Below, piece by piece: positions 17,819 through 27,517 of a stretch of DNA of 32,000 nt. The stretch's first letter is position 1, and each line of letters starts with the position of its first letter. The notes below the pieces were generated by a model. It had not been told where the DNA came from. It was given only the letters and a program-made list of their open reading frames with translations, and did no database searches. The position numbers and the translations under genes were made by a program. Source of the stretch: Salinivirga cyanobacteriivorans (lineage in GTDB: Bacteria; Bacteroidota; Bacteroidia; Bacteroidales; Salinivirgaceae); contig NZ_CP013118.1 in NCBI RefSeq assembly GCF_001443605.1, positions 1,115,075 through 1,147,074 of the forward strand, written 5' to 3'.

Positions 17819-19597
17819 CTACTCCTCCGAAAAGTCCCTTAAAATTTTGCGGTAGGTGGAGAACATATTCGCGCGGGAAATAAAACCAATGTACTTGCCA
17901 TCTTTTACCACGGGCAGGTTGTAGTGCGATGTGGTTTGAAATTTCTTGGCTACGCCTTCCATCGATTCGTCCGGATGCACAAGTGGCGATGGCATATACA
18001 TTAAATCGCGCATCTGAATTTTATCGTACAAATCACGCTTCAGAATAATGTGCCTGATATCGTTGATAAATACAATTCCCTGCAAGTTATTTTCATGATC
18101 AATGACCGGGAAAACATTTCGTTTCGATTTTGTAACTGTTTCAAGAAACTCACCCAAATTGGCATCGGCATATACAGGTAAAAAATTGGTTTCAATAAGA
18201 TTGTCGATGGTCATAAGGTTGAGCACTGACTTGTCTTTATCGTGCGTAATAAGTTCTTTACGCTGAGCCAACTGATAGGTATACACAGAATTTGGGTGAT
18301 AATACCGCACAATAACATAAGAAAAAATACTGGTAATCATAAGCGGCACAAACAGGCTGTAGCCACCAGAAATATCTGCAATGAGGAAAATGGCGAACAG
18401 GGGTGCGTGCAGTACCCCGGCTATAAGCCCACCCATTCCTACCAGGGCAAAATTCCGCTCAGATATCTCATGCAAACCAGTCATATTAATCAATTTGCCT
18501 AGAAACATCCCCGCATTGGCACCGATAAAAAGTGCCGGCGCAAATATTCCACCAATACCACCAGCGCCGAAGGTAGCTGCTGTAGCCACCACCTTAAGCA
18601 TAGTAACTGCAAAAAGTAACAGTATAATTACCCATATCTGATCCTGAAACCCATAGAAAAAGCTGCGACTAAATAAATAATCCATATCACCCGCCAGACA
18701 CTGATTTATTTCGTTATAGCCCTCTCCATAAAGTGATGGAAAAAGAAAAATGAGCAATCCAAGCAACAAACCACCTGCAAGTAGTCGATGGTAAGCATTG
18801 CGCACACGCTCAAACCGGTGATCCATGAACCGATAAATACGAGCAAAAAATACGGAAACCAGTCCACTAAATATTCCCAATAGAATATAAAAAAGCAAAT
18901 CGCTTAGTTCAAATGTTGTGATAACCTCGAATTTATACAGGATATCGTTTCCAAGGAAAAAATACGATGTTACTACTGCAGACGCAGATGCAATAAGCAG
19001 TGGAATGAGCGATGAAAAAGTAAGGTCGAGCATCAGTATTTCAAGACTAAACACAATACCTGCAATAGGAGCATTAAAAATTGCTGCTACGGCACCCGAA
19101 GAAGCGCAACCAATAAGTGTAACTATTTGCCGGCGGTTTAATTTAAAAGTCCGGCCAACATTGGATCCGATAGCTGCTCCAGTTCCTACAATAGGCCCCT
19201 CCAACCCGACTGAACCGCCAAAACCCACTGTGAAGGTACTTGCGATTAATGACGAAAACGTTTTATATCTGTGCAAAAAACCATTGTTACGCGAAATAGA
19301 ATGAAGAATACCGGGCACACCATGCCCAATAGGTTTTCTCAATACATACTTTATAAACAAAATGGTGAGGAATATCCCAAGCACAGGAGAAATTATGTAA
19401 ATGTAGTTCTGATACTCCTCGATTGAAAAAGCGTGCAACTGATGTGAAATAAAATGGACCATGTTTTTCAGCAACACAGCGGCAAACCCGGCTGCAAGCC
19501 CTACCAAAGCAGCCAATATTCCCATAAGCTGTCGCTTTGAGAGGTTGTTCACCATCCATAAATAAATCCGGTTTCCGACAGTTCCTTTTCTGCGCAT
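17819..19597 (-). CDS. ClC-family voltage-gated chloride channel/antiporter with C-terminal CBS pair
   Basis: The 592-aa polytopic protein carries ClC selectivity motifs (GSVGLEGP, GGIGGIFAP). The C-terminal soluble region is CBS-like (VFPVIDHENNLQGIV..., LPVVKDGKYIGFISR). Confidence 0.88.
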   Translation of the reverse strand: MRRKGTVGNRIYLWMVNNLSKRQLMGILAALVGLAAGFAAVLLKNMVHFISHQLHAFSIEEYQNYIYIISPVLGIFLTILFIKYVLRKPIGHGVPGILHSISRNNGFLHRYKTFSSLIASTFTVGFGGSVGLEGPIVGTGAAIGSNVGRTFKLNRRQIVTLIGCASSGAVAAIFNAPIAGIVFSLEILMLDLTFSSLIPLLIASASAVVTSYFFLGNDILYKFEVITTFELSDLLFYILLGIFSGLVSVFFARIYRFMDHRFERVRNAYHRLLAGGLLLGLLIFLFPSLYGEGYNEINQCLAGDMDYLFSRSFFYGFQDQIWVIILLLFAVTMLKVVATAATFGAGGIGGIFAPALFIGANAGMFLGKLINMTGLHEISERNFALVGMGGLIAGVLHAPLFAIFLIADISGGYSLFVPLMITSIFSYVIVRYYHPNSVYTYQLAQRKELITHDKDKSVLNLMTIDNLIETNFLPVYADANLGEFLETVTKSKRNVFPVIDHENNLQGIVFINDIRHIILKRDLYDKIQMRDLMYMPSPLVHPDESMEGVAKKFQTTSHYNLPVVKDGKYIGFISRANMFSTYRKILRDFSEE

Positions 19598-19704
19598 TGA
19601 AGAATATAGTTTGCAGTTGCGAAATTATAAATTATATGGGTAAAATACATTATCAGCATATAAAGATGCAATGTTTGTAAGCATAAATAGTGAAAGCATA
19701 CGAA

Positions 19705-20688
19705 TTATTGGGCGCCCGCTTTGTTCTTTTTTCGGTACGTCAGGTAAAAGACTCCTCCGATAAGCGAAAAAAACACAAGAAAAACCCTGTAAAATAATGC
19801 AAGCCCAAGCGCTATTTCTTCAGGTAGTCCAAAAATTACCAGACTTAAAACAATTGCCGCTTCCAAAGTACCCAGCGCGCCAACACTAATGGGTAAAAAC
19901 CCAATAAACGTAGACATAAATAGCAAAAATATCATGTGTACGGGCGCCACGATAGCGCCAAAATAAAGAAGCAACATATAAAAAGCAAGGCCCCGGAACG
20001 CATGAAACAACACAGAGTGAATTGATACGAAAACCAACTGGCGTTGCGAAATTTGCTTTAATCTGTATTTAAAATCCTTTAACCCCTTTAAAATCTTCTG
20101 TCCAATACGCTTATTGCGCAGAAGCATCAAGACCAGCACCGCTGCTATAAGCAACAATACACCACCCACAATTAACCAAAACTTTCGGCTGTCGACATGA
20201 ACCAGCTCTGCCACGAGGCTCCAGGCCTCCGCATACACATCTATAAAAAACGGAGAATAAACAATCCAGGCCAAAAATATAGTGGCAAACCCTATAAATC
20301 GTTCAGTAAAAATATAACTCAGGCTCTTACCCCATCCTTCTTTACCCTGCTCCTGCTTAATCAGATACAGTTTAATACCATCGCCGCCCACATTCGTTGG
20401 TAAGAAATTATTGAAAAAAAAACCAATAGCAGTAAACTGAAATGACTTATAAAAAGACCGGGTAACACTGCGTACCAAAACATGAAACCGGTAAGAAAAA
20501 AAGAGGCCGAATGCCAGCGTAAAAGCCAAAAAGGCCCAAAGCAAATACCAAACGTTACCTGCTTTAAAAGTATTCAGCACCTGACGAAAATCTATCCTAT
20601 TAAACAAAAAGTATATGAGAGCTGCCGCTACAAGTAACTTTACAATAAAAAGAACGGTACTTTTGAACTTTTTCATATATACTTTCAC
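19705..20688 (-). CDS. Flippase-like polytopic membrane protein (lysylphosphatidylglycerol-synthase TM region / UPF0104 family)
   Basis: The 327-aa protein has about 8 TM segments. Its N-terminus (KLLVAAALIYFLFNRIDFRQVLNTFK) and a GGDG-containing loop (LPTNVGGDGIKLYL) are typical of PF03706-like proteins. It abuts the upstream sulfotransferase gene. Confidence 0.6.
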   Translation of the reverse strand: MKVYMKKFKSTVLFIVKLLVAAALIYFLFNRIDFRQVLNTFKAGNVWYLLWAFLAFTLAFGLFFSYRFHVLVRSVTRSFYKSFQFTAIGFFFNNFLPTNVGGDGIKLYLIKQEQGKEGWGKSLSYIFTERFIGFATIFLAWIVYSPFFIDVYAEAWSLVAELVHVDSRKFWLIVGGVLLLIAAVLVLMLLRNKRIGQKILKGLKDFKYRLKQISQRQLVFVSIHSVLFHAFRGLAFYMLLLYFGAIVAPVHMIFLLFMSTFIGFLPISVGALGTLEAAIVLSLVIFGLPEEIALGLALFYRVFLVFFSLIGGVFYLTYRKKNKAGAQ

Positions 20689-21687
20689 TTAATCCGATTT
20701 CTTTGGTGCAGTCAGTTTTCTATAAAAAGCAATGGCCGGAGCTGTTATAGCTAATGGAAATTTATAAATAAGCTTCTCCAAAAAAGTCACCCAGTGAGCA
20801 TACAAACAATGTGGAACTGTAAGCAAGCGGCGTAAACCTGCATATTTGACCTCAGGCATCTCATAACCAAATTCGGCGGCCATTTTTCGTGTGATGGCGG
20901 AGGTATATTGAATGTTTTCAGAGCGCATATCCTGCTTCCATCGAAATGCTTTCTGAGGATCAAGCGGACTTTTCAGGTTTTTCCGGAATTCAGCCTCCCA
21001 GTCTTGCTCTTTTTTGTAAAAATTGAGCATTTCAGGATCATAGTTGACACCTAAAAACTCACATAGGTTGGTCAAAGTTGTCTCGGGATTTGAAAGCAAA
21101 TCTTCAAAGCGCAAAAAGTGAAATTTTCCCGGCATTTTCCTGCTGAATTTCACAATCGCCTTGTTGTAAATATTCCATCTGTTGGCCAGCGTTGCAGTAT
21201 GGTCGGCATCGAAATTCACAGCCTTGTATGATAAAACCGTATCGCGCGGGTCCCTTACAATGTGCACAAACTTTGCGATGGGATAAAGATCAATCAAATG
21301 CTTAAGATATAAGGCATAGTGCGGGTTTTTATCACCTACTATTTTCAATTGCTTTTTTTGTTTCGACAAACCATACTGGAAATAAACCTCCTTACAAAGC
21401 GTGGCAAAGTCTGCATTTTCGTTATGCTTTAATAATTGCTGTTTCAGAGCTTCAGGCTCCAGGTGCCAGTTCTCCATGCGCTCCTCGAGCCAAAGATCGC
21501 GGGCAAATGCCGCTATTCTTGATTCATTCCAGTTAGCATTTTGATACCTGCGCCGCAGGAACATGATAAATTGCGCTTCGGGAGCAACAGAAATTTGCGG
21601 ATGCGTATTCAGGATAGTCTGAAGCAAAGAAGTACCGGAACGCCCCCGCCCCACAATAAACAATAGTTTTGTATCATCCACTGCCAT
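20689..21687 (-). CDS. PAPS-dependent-type sulfotransferase (soluble)
   Basis: A 5'-PSB loop (IVGRGRSGTSLLQTIL) and a 3'-PB motif (HIVRDPRDTVLSY) are present. The gene overlaps the upstream GT2 stop by 1 nt, suggesting translational coupling. Confidence 0.8.
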   Translation of the reverse strand: MAVDDTKLLFIVGRGRSGTSLLQTILNTHPQISVAPEAQFIMFLRRRYQNANWNESRIAAFARDLWLEERMENWHLEPEALKQQLLKHNENADFATLCKEVYFQYGLSKQKKQLKIVGDKNPHYALYLKHLIDLYPIAKFVHIVRDPRDTVLSYKAVNFDADHTATLANRWNIYNKAIVKFSRKMPGKFHFLRFEDLLSNPETTLTNLCEFLGVNYDPEMLNFYKKEQDWEAEFRKNLKSPLDPQKAFRWKQDMRSENIQYTSAITRKMAAEFGYEMPEVKYAGLRRLLTVPHCLYAHWVTFLEKLIYKFPLAITAPAIAFYRKLTAPKKSD

Positions 21688-22628
21688 TAATCTCTATCTT
21701 TTTCAATCGTCTCTTTTACGAAATAAGATGGACGGTTTTTCACTTCTATATTGGTGCGGCCCAAATATTCACCAATAATACCCAACATTACCAGAATTAT
21801 GCCACCTAAAAACAGCATAACAACCATCATGGACGGCCAACCCTGCACCACAGCATCCGTAAATAAAGCTTTATAAAGAATATATAGCGCATATAAAAAA
21901 GCGATTCCGCTTATAGCAAAACCAAACCAGGTGGCTATTCGTAGCGGGAAAAAAGAAAAGCCAATGATGCCGTCAAGAGCCAAAGCCAAAGATTTTTTGA
22001 ATGGATATTTCGATTCTCCTGCTTTCCGTTCCTGTCGTTCATATTCAACACCAACCTGATTAAAGCCAGCCCAGGCCACCATACCGCGAATATACCGGAA
22101 GCGTTCCGGCATATCCTTCAAGGCATCAATAACTTTACGATCTATTAAACGGAAATCTCCGGTATCAACTGGAATCTCAAATTTTGTTATTTTTTTAAGC
22201 AAACGATAGAAAATGTTGGCCGACCATAGTTTAAACCATGATTCACCCTTCCGTTTTGCACGTTTTGCGTATACTACATGGTAATTTTCTTTCCATTTCT
22301 CAATCATAACAGGAATAAGACCTGGGGGATCCTGTAAGTCTGCATCAATAATTACGGCACAGTCGCCTTTGCAATGATCAACTCCCGCAGTAACAGCAAT
22401 CTGATGGCCGAAGTTCCTTGACAGGTCTATTACACGAATTCGACTGTCTTTTGCTGCCATCTCACGAAGAATATCGAGGGTTTTATCAGTACTGCCATCA
22501 TTCACACAAACAACCTCAATTTCTTCTTCAATATCTTTTAAGGCGTCTGTTACCTCATTCACCATATCAACAATTACCGCTTCTTCGTTGTAGGCCGGGA
22601 TTATAACTGAAACAAGTTTTTTACTCAT
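21687..22628 (-). CDS. GT2 polyprenyl-phosphate glycosyltransferase (ArnC/GtrB/DPM1-like)
   Basis: Motifs are VSVIIPAYNEE, NDGSTDKT and IIDADLQDPP (DXD). Two C-terminal TM helices are present, an architecture typical of bactoprenol-phosphate sugar synthases. Confidence 0.85.
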   Translation of the reverse strand: MSKKLVSVIIPAYNEEAVIVDMVNEVTDALKDIEEEIEVVCVNDGSTDKTLDILREMAAKDSRIRVIDLSRNFGHQIAVTAGVDHCKGDCAVIIDADLQDPPGLIPVMIEKWKENYHVVYAKRAKRKGESWFKLWSANIFYRLLKKITKFEIPVDTGDFRLIDRKVIDALKDMPERFRYIRGMVAWAGFNQVGVEYERQERKAGESKYPFKKSLALALDGIIGFSFFPLRIATWFGFAISGIAFLYALYILYKALFTDAVVQGWPSMMVVMLFLGGIILVMLGIIGEYLGRTNIEVKNRPSYFVKETIEKDRD

Positions 22629-22850
22629 GGTTATGAATTTGAGTATACAAAGAAAGAAAATTATTTATAAAACTTAGCGGTAACTAAATGACATCTCTCT
22701 CTCCCAAGAATATCTCCTCAAAAACTATTTTTATTGCATCTTTAGTAAAGCAACAAAGGCTAAATACCTAAATATTTATATTTTTGCTGAAATTAAAAAA
22801 CAATCTAAACAAACAAGAGTTAAGCTATTTAATTTCCTAACACCTAATTT

Positions 22851-24464
22851 ATGAAGTATTTCATTTTTCCTCTAATCGCACTTCTGATTTTAAGCTCATG
22901 TAAAACAGAAAAGCCAGCACCTGATTTATCCAGAACTAATTTTATTTATTTAAATAATAATGAATTTAAGCATAGAGATTCCACATTTTTCCCTTTAATG
23001 CTGAATTACCCAATTTGTATCAGAAAAATTGGCGATGAATATGTAGTTTCTCCTTATCACGATTATGAGAAAGCCAGACATTTTGAAGGCAGTACTAAAG
23101 ACAGTGCATTGCTTCAGGTTGAAGGGCATATGAAGTTGATTAAAGAGATGGGCTTTAATACCGTCCGGCTTGCAGCAGACAACATGTTATGGGAAATTGA
23201 TGATACAAAAAAATATAACATTATCGCATTCAAAGAGGATATTAGCCTGGAAAAAAGACGGTTGAAAAACAACTATGACATATATTTTGACAGAATACAT
23301 GAAATTACGGACATTGCAAAAAAACTGGATTTACGAATAATGTATTTATTAACCACGCCAATTGACGAAGAGGTTAAAAACTTTACTAAAGCATTGCTCA
23401 AAGAATTCAGTAACAGACCGACCATATTCGCCTATGATTTTTTTAATGAACCATTGTATTTTGACAATGAGGAACTCAAAGGAAGCAAAAGGAAAAGACA
23501 AAAAGAGGATGCTTATAACATTGTAGTTGAGTGGAAAGAAATGATGGATGAATATGCACCAAATCAACTTTTCACAATTGGTTTTTCTGAGCCAAATGAG
23601 GTATTGGAATGGGATGCATCAATCTTACCTGTTGATTTCGTAGCTTTTCACACATATCATCCTTTAAGAGTTCCCAATGAAATATACTGGTATGCCAATT
23701 ATATTGGAAAACCATGGATGCTGGGCGAAACTTCTCTCCCTGCTGACAATGATTCAATTAGTTTTCAGGAGCAGACAAAATTCATGAAAGAAACTTATCA
23801 ACGAACGATTGACTGTGGTGGTATCGGCTTCGGATGGTGGGCTTTCCAGGATGTAAACTGGGGAGCTTTTGGACATGATCACACGAGCCTGTTAACGAGA
23901 AAAGGGATAACCTGGACAAAGGACAAGCAGCATAAAATTATTGGTTCGTTAAAGCCAGCCGCAAAGATTGTTAAAACCCTTAAAAATTACAAACCATCAA
24001 AAGATTGCCCATGCTGGACCAACTATTACAATATGTTGGGTTACCACAATATGATGATAAAAGGGAAAATAATAAATGGGGAAACCGATAAACCAATTGA
24101 AGGTGCTGTAGTCAGAGGTTGGTCAAAAAACTGGAAAATAGCCACTCAGACTTTTACGAGAAAAGATGGTCAATTCACTTTTTACAGCAACACACCTTTT
24201 GTCCATTTTGAAATATCTGCACCCGGAATGACAAAAATAAAATTTAACCAGAAAATTAATTACAAACCAAAAAATGAAAATGTTCCTCCCATGGATTCAT
24301 TGAAAAACCAAAATCTTGAATACAAAAACATTTCATATAAACCATTCTTAAAGAGTGATTCAACCGGGAAGATCTTTGGTTTTAAAAAGCAAGCTTTTAA
24401 TCAATATTATTATGTTGGAGAAATGGAAGCTAAAAAATTATATCCTTTGGACTTTGTAGATTAA
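22851..24464 (+). CDS. Lipoprotein with GH5-like TIM-barrel glycoside hydrolase domain and C-terminal carboxypeptidase-regulatory-like beta-sandwich
   Basis: The lipobox is LILSSC. GH5-like motifs are GFNTVRLA, FFNEP (acid/base Glu) and MLGETS (nucleophile Glu). The C-terminal part reads GKIINGETDKPIEGAVVRG...RKDGQFTF. Confidence 0.5.
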   Translation: MKYFIFPLIALLILSSCKTEKPAPDLSRTNFIYLNNNEFKHRDSTFFPLMLNYPICIRKIGDEYVVSPYHDYEKARHFEGSTKDSALLQVEGHMKLIKEMGFNTVRLAADNMLWEIDDTKKYNIIAFKEDISLEKRRLKNNYDIYFDRIHEITDIAKKLDLRIMYLLTTPIDEEVKNFTKALLKEFSNRPTIFAYDFFNEPLYFDNEELKGSKRKRQKEDAYNIVVEWKEMMDEYAPNQLFTIGFSEPNEVLEWDASILPVDFVAFHTYHPLRVPNEIYWYANYIGKPWMLGETSLPADNDSISFQEQTKFMKETYQRTIDCGGIGFGWWAFQDVNWGAFGHDHTSLLTRKGITWTKDKQHKIIGSLKPAAKIVKTLKNYKPSKDCPCWTNYYNMLGYHNMMIKGKIINGETDKPIEGAVVRGWSKNWKIATQTFTRKDGQFTFYSNTPFVHFEISAPGMTKIKFNQKINYKPKNENVPPMDSLKNQNLEYKNISYKPFLKSDSTGKIFGFKKQAFNQYYYVGEMEAKKLYPLDFVD

Positions 24465-24511
24465 CAGGCCATTTACAATAACTTAAACCAAAATTAGCAT
24501 AGATTAAACTT

Positions 24512-25795
24512 TTGACCATGAAAAAAGTTCTCACAATATTCTCAATTATTGTCATTTCATTATTTGTGCTTTCCTTATATGGATGGATGGTAAAACAAAT
24601 AGCAAAAGGGGAAAAGAAATTCGGCGTCTTCACAGAACCAGTGAAATTTATGTATACTTTTCCTGACATTTTTAAGCAATCTGTTGAGGAGGTGAAAAGC
24701 TTACCAAAAACATTTATCCCCACGCCCAAAGATTTCGATCCCATAAATAACTTAGAAGAAGATCTATTGGTTTTGACATCATATACGAATGGCAGAAAGT
24801 CCAGAGCTGTAGCCCTCAGAAATCTAAAAAATGATTCCATACTGAAAGAATGGACTTTTAAAAATGCACGCAAAGAAAATCATAGAATAGTAAACCCCAT
24901 TCTTCATCCAGATGGATCGCTGATTTACAACTATTATTACCAGCCATCTGGCCTAAAAAAAATTGACAGCACCGGAAACATTGTCTGGACACAAAAAAAT
25001 CTATTATTTCATCATGGCATGAATTTAAATAAAGATGGCGATATATGGGCATCTACAAAGATACCAGGTTGGAAAGCTACAGGCATGTACATCTTAGGAG
25101 GTAAAAAAATCTTCTATATTGATTATACTATTGCAAAAATTGACCATAAAACCGGTGAAATCCTTTTCCACAAATCGATATCAGAAATTTTGACAGAAAA
25201 TAATCTAGGCAATTATTTACTCAAATCAGCTGTTGTAAAAGATCCAGTCCATCTTAATGATGTTCAACCAGCACTTAAAACAACAAAATACTTCAAAGAA
25301 GATGATGTTTTTATCAGCTTAAGAAACATGTCAATAGTTTTACACTATAGGCCCTCAACCAATGAACTGATTCAATTAATTGAAGGTCCTTTTATTAATC
25401 AACATGACGTTGATTTTCTAAACGATAGCACATTAGTATTTTTTAATAATAACACACCTGTTGATATACCTTTAAAAGGGGCAACTCCACATAAAAAGAA
25501 AGAACGTGTTACCTTCTCAGGAAAATTTTATTCCAACATTATTAAATACAATCTTAAAGATCAAACTTTTTCTGCTATTGGCGACTCTCTTTTTATCGAA
25601 AATGATATATATACAAAAAATGAAGGGTTAATGGAATTTATTGACGCTTCCACATATTTCGTGGAAGAGCAAAACCAAGGGCTTTTATGGGTCATTGATG
25701 ATGATAAAGTCATTTATAAAAACGTATTCAAATCCCAGCATAAAGGGCACCATCATTTACCCAATTGGACCAGAATAATAAAGCACTATGACTAA
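24512..25795 (+). CDS. Membrane-anchored arylsulfotransferase (ASST, PF14269-like) family protein, paralog 1
   Basis: An N-terminal TM anchor is followed by ASST-like motifs: FHHGMNLNKDGDIW, DPVHLNDVQP, FISLRNMSIVLHYRPSTNELI and INQHDVDFLNDSTLVFFNNN. Confidence 0.55.
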   Translation: MTMKKVLTIFSIIVISLFVLSLYGWMVKQIAKGEKKFGVFTEPVKFMYTFPDIFKQSVEEVKSLPKTFIPTPKDFDPINNLEEDLLVLTSYTNGRKSRAVALRNLKNDSILKEWTFKNARKENHRIVNPILHPDGSLIYNYYYQPSGLKKIDSTGNIVWTQKNLLFHHGMNLNKDGDIWASTKIPGWKATGMYILGGKKIFYIDYTIAKIDHKTGEILFHKSISEILTENNLGNYLLKSAVVKDPVHLNDVQPALKTTKYFKEDDVFISLRNMSIVLHYRPSTNELIQLIEGPFINQHDVDFLNDSTLVFFNNNTPVDIPLKGATPHKKKERVTFSGKFYSNIIKYNLKDQTFSAIGDSLFIENDIYTKNEGLMEFIDASTYFVEEQNQGLLWVIDDDKVIYKNVFKSQHKGHHHLPNWTRIIKHYD

Positions 25796-26089
25796 TCTAT
25801 TATTTTGAAACCGGGCTGGTCATTAGAACTATTGTTCTGTTCCTAAACTGGAGCTATTATGCTTTGTGCCATTTGAATACATTATTTTTTAGTCAAACAT
25901 TTTCAAAGTAAAGAAAAATAAGGACAATGATTCTTCTCTACAACTGTATTAATAAAGGTTACCATAGATCGAATTTAGAAATTTAAATAATTTAGCTTAT
26001 TTTTGCTGCTTAAAATTCAAATTACTTTTCATCAATAAATTCGAAGAGAAGTGAATCAAAATATTTCATACCAGGCACTTTAAAACCTC

Positions 26090-27367
26090 TTGAAAATGAA
26101 AAAAATACTCACTATTTTTTCTATAACTATAATTTCTTTGTTTCTATTGTCACTTTTTGGATGGATGGTATACCAAATATCCAACAAGAATAAAGAATTC
26201 GGCATTTTCACTGAGCCCGTTAAGTTCATGTATAAATTCCCTAACCTTTTCAAAGAATCGGTAAAAGAAGTTAAAACTTTGCCCAAAACGTTTATTCCTA
26301 CTGATAAAAACTTCAAACCTGTAAATAAATTAAAAAGTGATTTGCTTGTACTTACAACCTATACGAATGCAAAAAAATCCAGAGAAGTAGCACTCATGAA
26401 TCTGAAAAATGATTCGATTCTGAAAAAATGGACGATAAAAAAACAATTTAAACCACATACCAGAATTAAGCATACAATGCTTCACCCGGATGGATCACTG
26501 ATATATCAACTTTTTAGTAAACCTTTTAATGGGCTTTACAAAATTGATTCAGCAGGAAACCAGATATGGAGACAGAAAAACTTAACATTTCATCATTCCA
26601 TAAATCTTGATAAAGATGGAAATATATGGGCCTGTACCCGAAAACACCCCTGGAAGTATTCCGGTAAATATCAATTAGGAAATTTCTTTGTCTATTATAA
26701 TGATCACTCAATTACAAAAATCGACGGTAAAACTGGTGAGGTTCTTTTCAACAAATCAATTACAGAACTTTTAAAAGAAAATGATTTGGCCAATTATGCA
26801 TTAAAATCATCAAAGCCCGAAGACCCCTTCCACCTCAACGATGTACAGCCGGCACTAAAAACCAATCCATACTATCAAAAGGATGATGTATTTATAAGCT
26901 TAAGAAACATCCATATGATATTACATTATAGACCATCTACAAATAAAATCATTAACACATTAACAGGTCCTTTTGTAAACCAACATGACATTGACATTCT
27001 GAACGACAGCACACTGGTAATGTTCAACAACAACACTTTTGTCGACGTTAAAAGAGAAAGCAAAAAACAACATATAGAGAAGGGTTTAGTAAATTTAGGT
27101 AAATTTACCTCCAACATAGTAAGTTATAACTTTAAAACTGGTAGTTTCTCCGTTATAGGCGACTCTGTTTTTAAGAAAAACAAAATATATACTTATACAG
27201 AAGGGCTGGTAGAATTTATAAATCCGAACACATATTTCGTAGAAGAGCAAAACTCCGGATTGCTTTGGGTCATTAAAGATGATGATGTCATTTATAAAAA
27301 TGTATTTAAATCACAGCATAAAGGATATCATCATTTACCTAACTGGACACGAATAATTAAAGATTAA
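26090..27367 (+). CDS. Membrane-anchored arylsulfotransferase (ASST-like) family protein, paralog 2
   Basis: It is collinear with the 24512 gene over its full length (by eye roughly 60% identical) and carries the same motifs: FHHSINLDKDGNIW, HLNDVQP and VNQHDIDILNDSTLVMFNNN. Confidence 0.55.
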   Translation: MKMKKILTIFSITIISLFLLSLFGWMVYQISNKNKEFGIFTEPVKFMYKFPNLFKESVKEVKTLPKTFIPTDKNFKPVNKLKSDLLVLTTYTNAKKSREVALMNLKNDSILKKWTIKKQFKPHTRIKHTMLHPDGSLIYQLFSKPFNGLYKIDSAGNQIWRQKNLTFHHSINLDKDGNIWACTRKHPWKYSGKYQLGNFFVYYNDHSITKIDGKTGEVLFNKSITELLKENDLANYALKSSKPEDPFHLNDVQPALKTNPYYQKDDVFISLRNIHMILHYRPSTNKIINTLTGPFVNQHDIDILNDSTLVMFNNNTFVDVKRESKKQHIEKGLVNLGKFTSNIVSYNFKTGSFSVIGDSVFKKNKIYTYTEGLVEFINPNTYFVEEQNSGLLWVIKDDDVIYKNVFKSQHKGYHHLPNWTRIIKD

Positions 27368-27373
27368 AAAAAT

Positions 27374-27517
27374 ATGATTAATTTATACATTGGACCCGGA
27401 CTGGGCATAGGAACCATCGTACTGATATTTATTATTGCAGGTATTGTTCTCTTTGCATTTGGCTATATCTTTTGGATGAAATTCAAGAGGTTCTTCAAGA
27501 AAAAAGATAAAAAATGA
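27374..27517 (+). CDS. Small (47 aa) single-pass membrane protein, not in the ORF track (below its length cut-off)
   Basis: The ATG at 27374 gives MINLYIGPGLGIGTIVLIFIIAGIVLFAFGYIFWMKFKRFFKKKDKK*. The sequence is one hydrophobic helix plus a basic tail. Its TGA overlaps the ATG of the next gene (ATGA at 27514-27517). A decayed copy follows paralog 1. Confidence 0.5.
   Translation: MINLYIGPGLGIGTIVLIFIIAGIVLFAFGYIFWMKFKRFFKKKDKK

Noticed and set aside
24430-24873. Antisense ORFs at the 5' ends of both ASST-like genes (24430-24873 and 26080-26316) that resemble each other
   Set aside because: Their similarity only reflects that they are antisense to paralogous coding sequence. The sense ORFs are long and motif-bearing.
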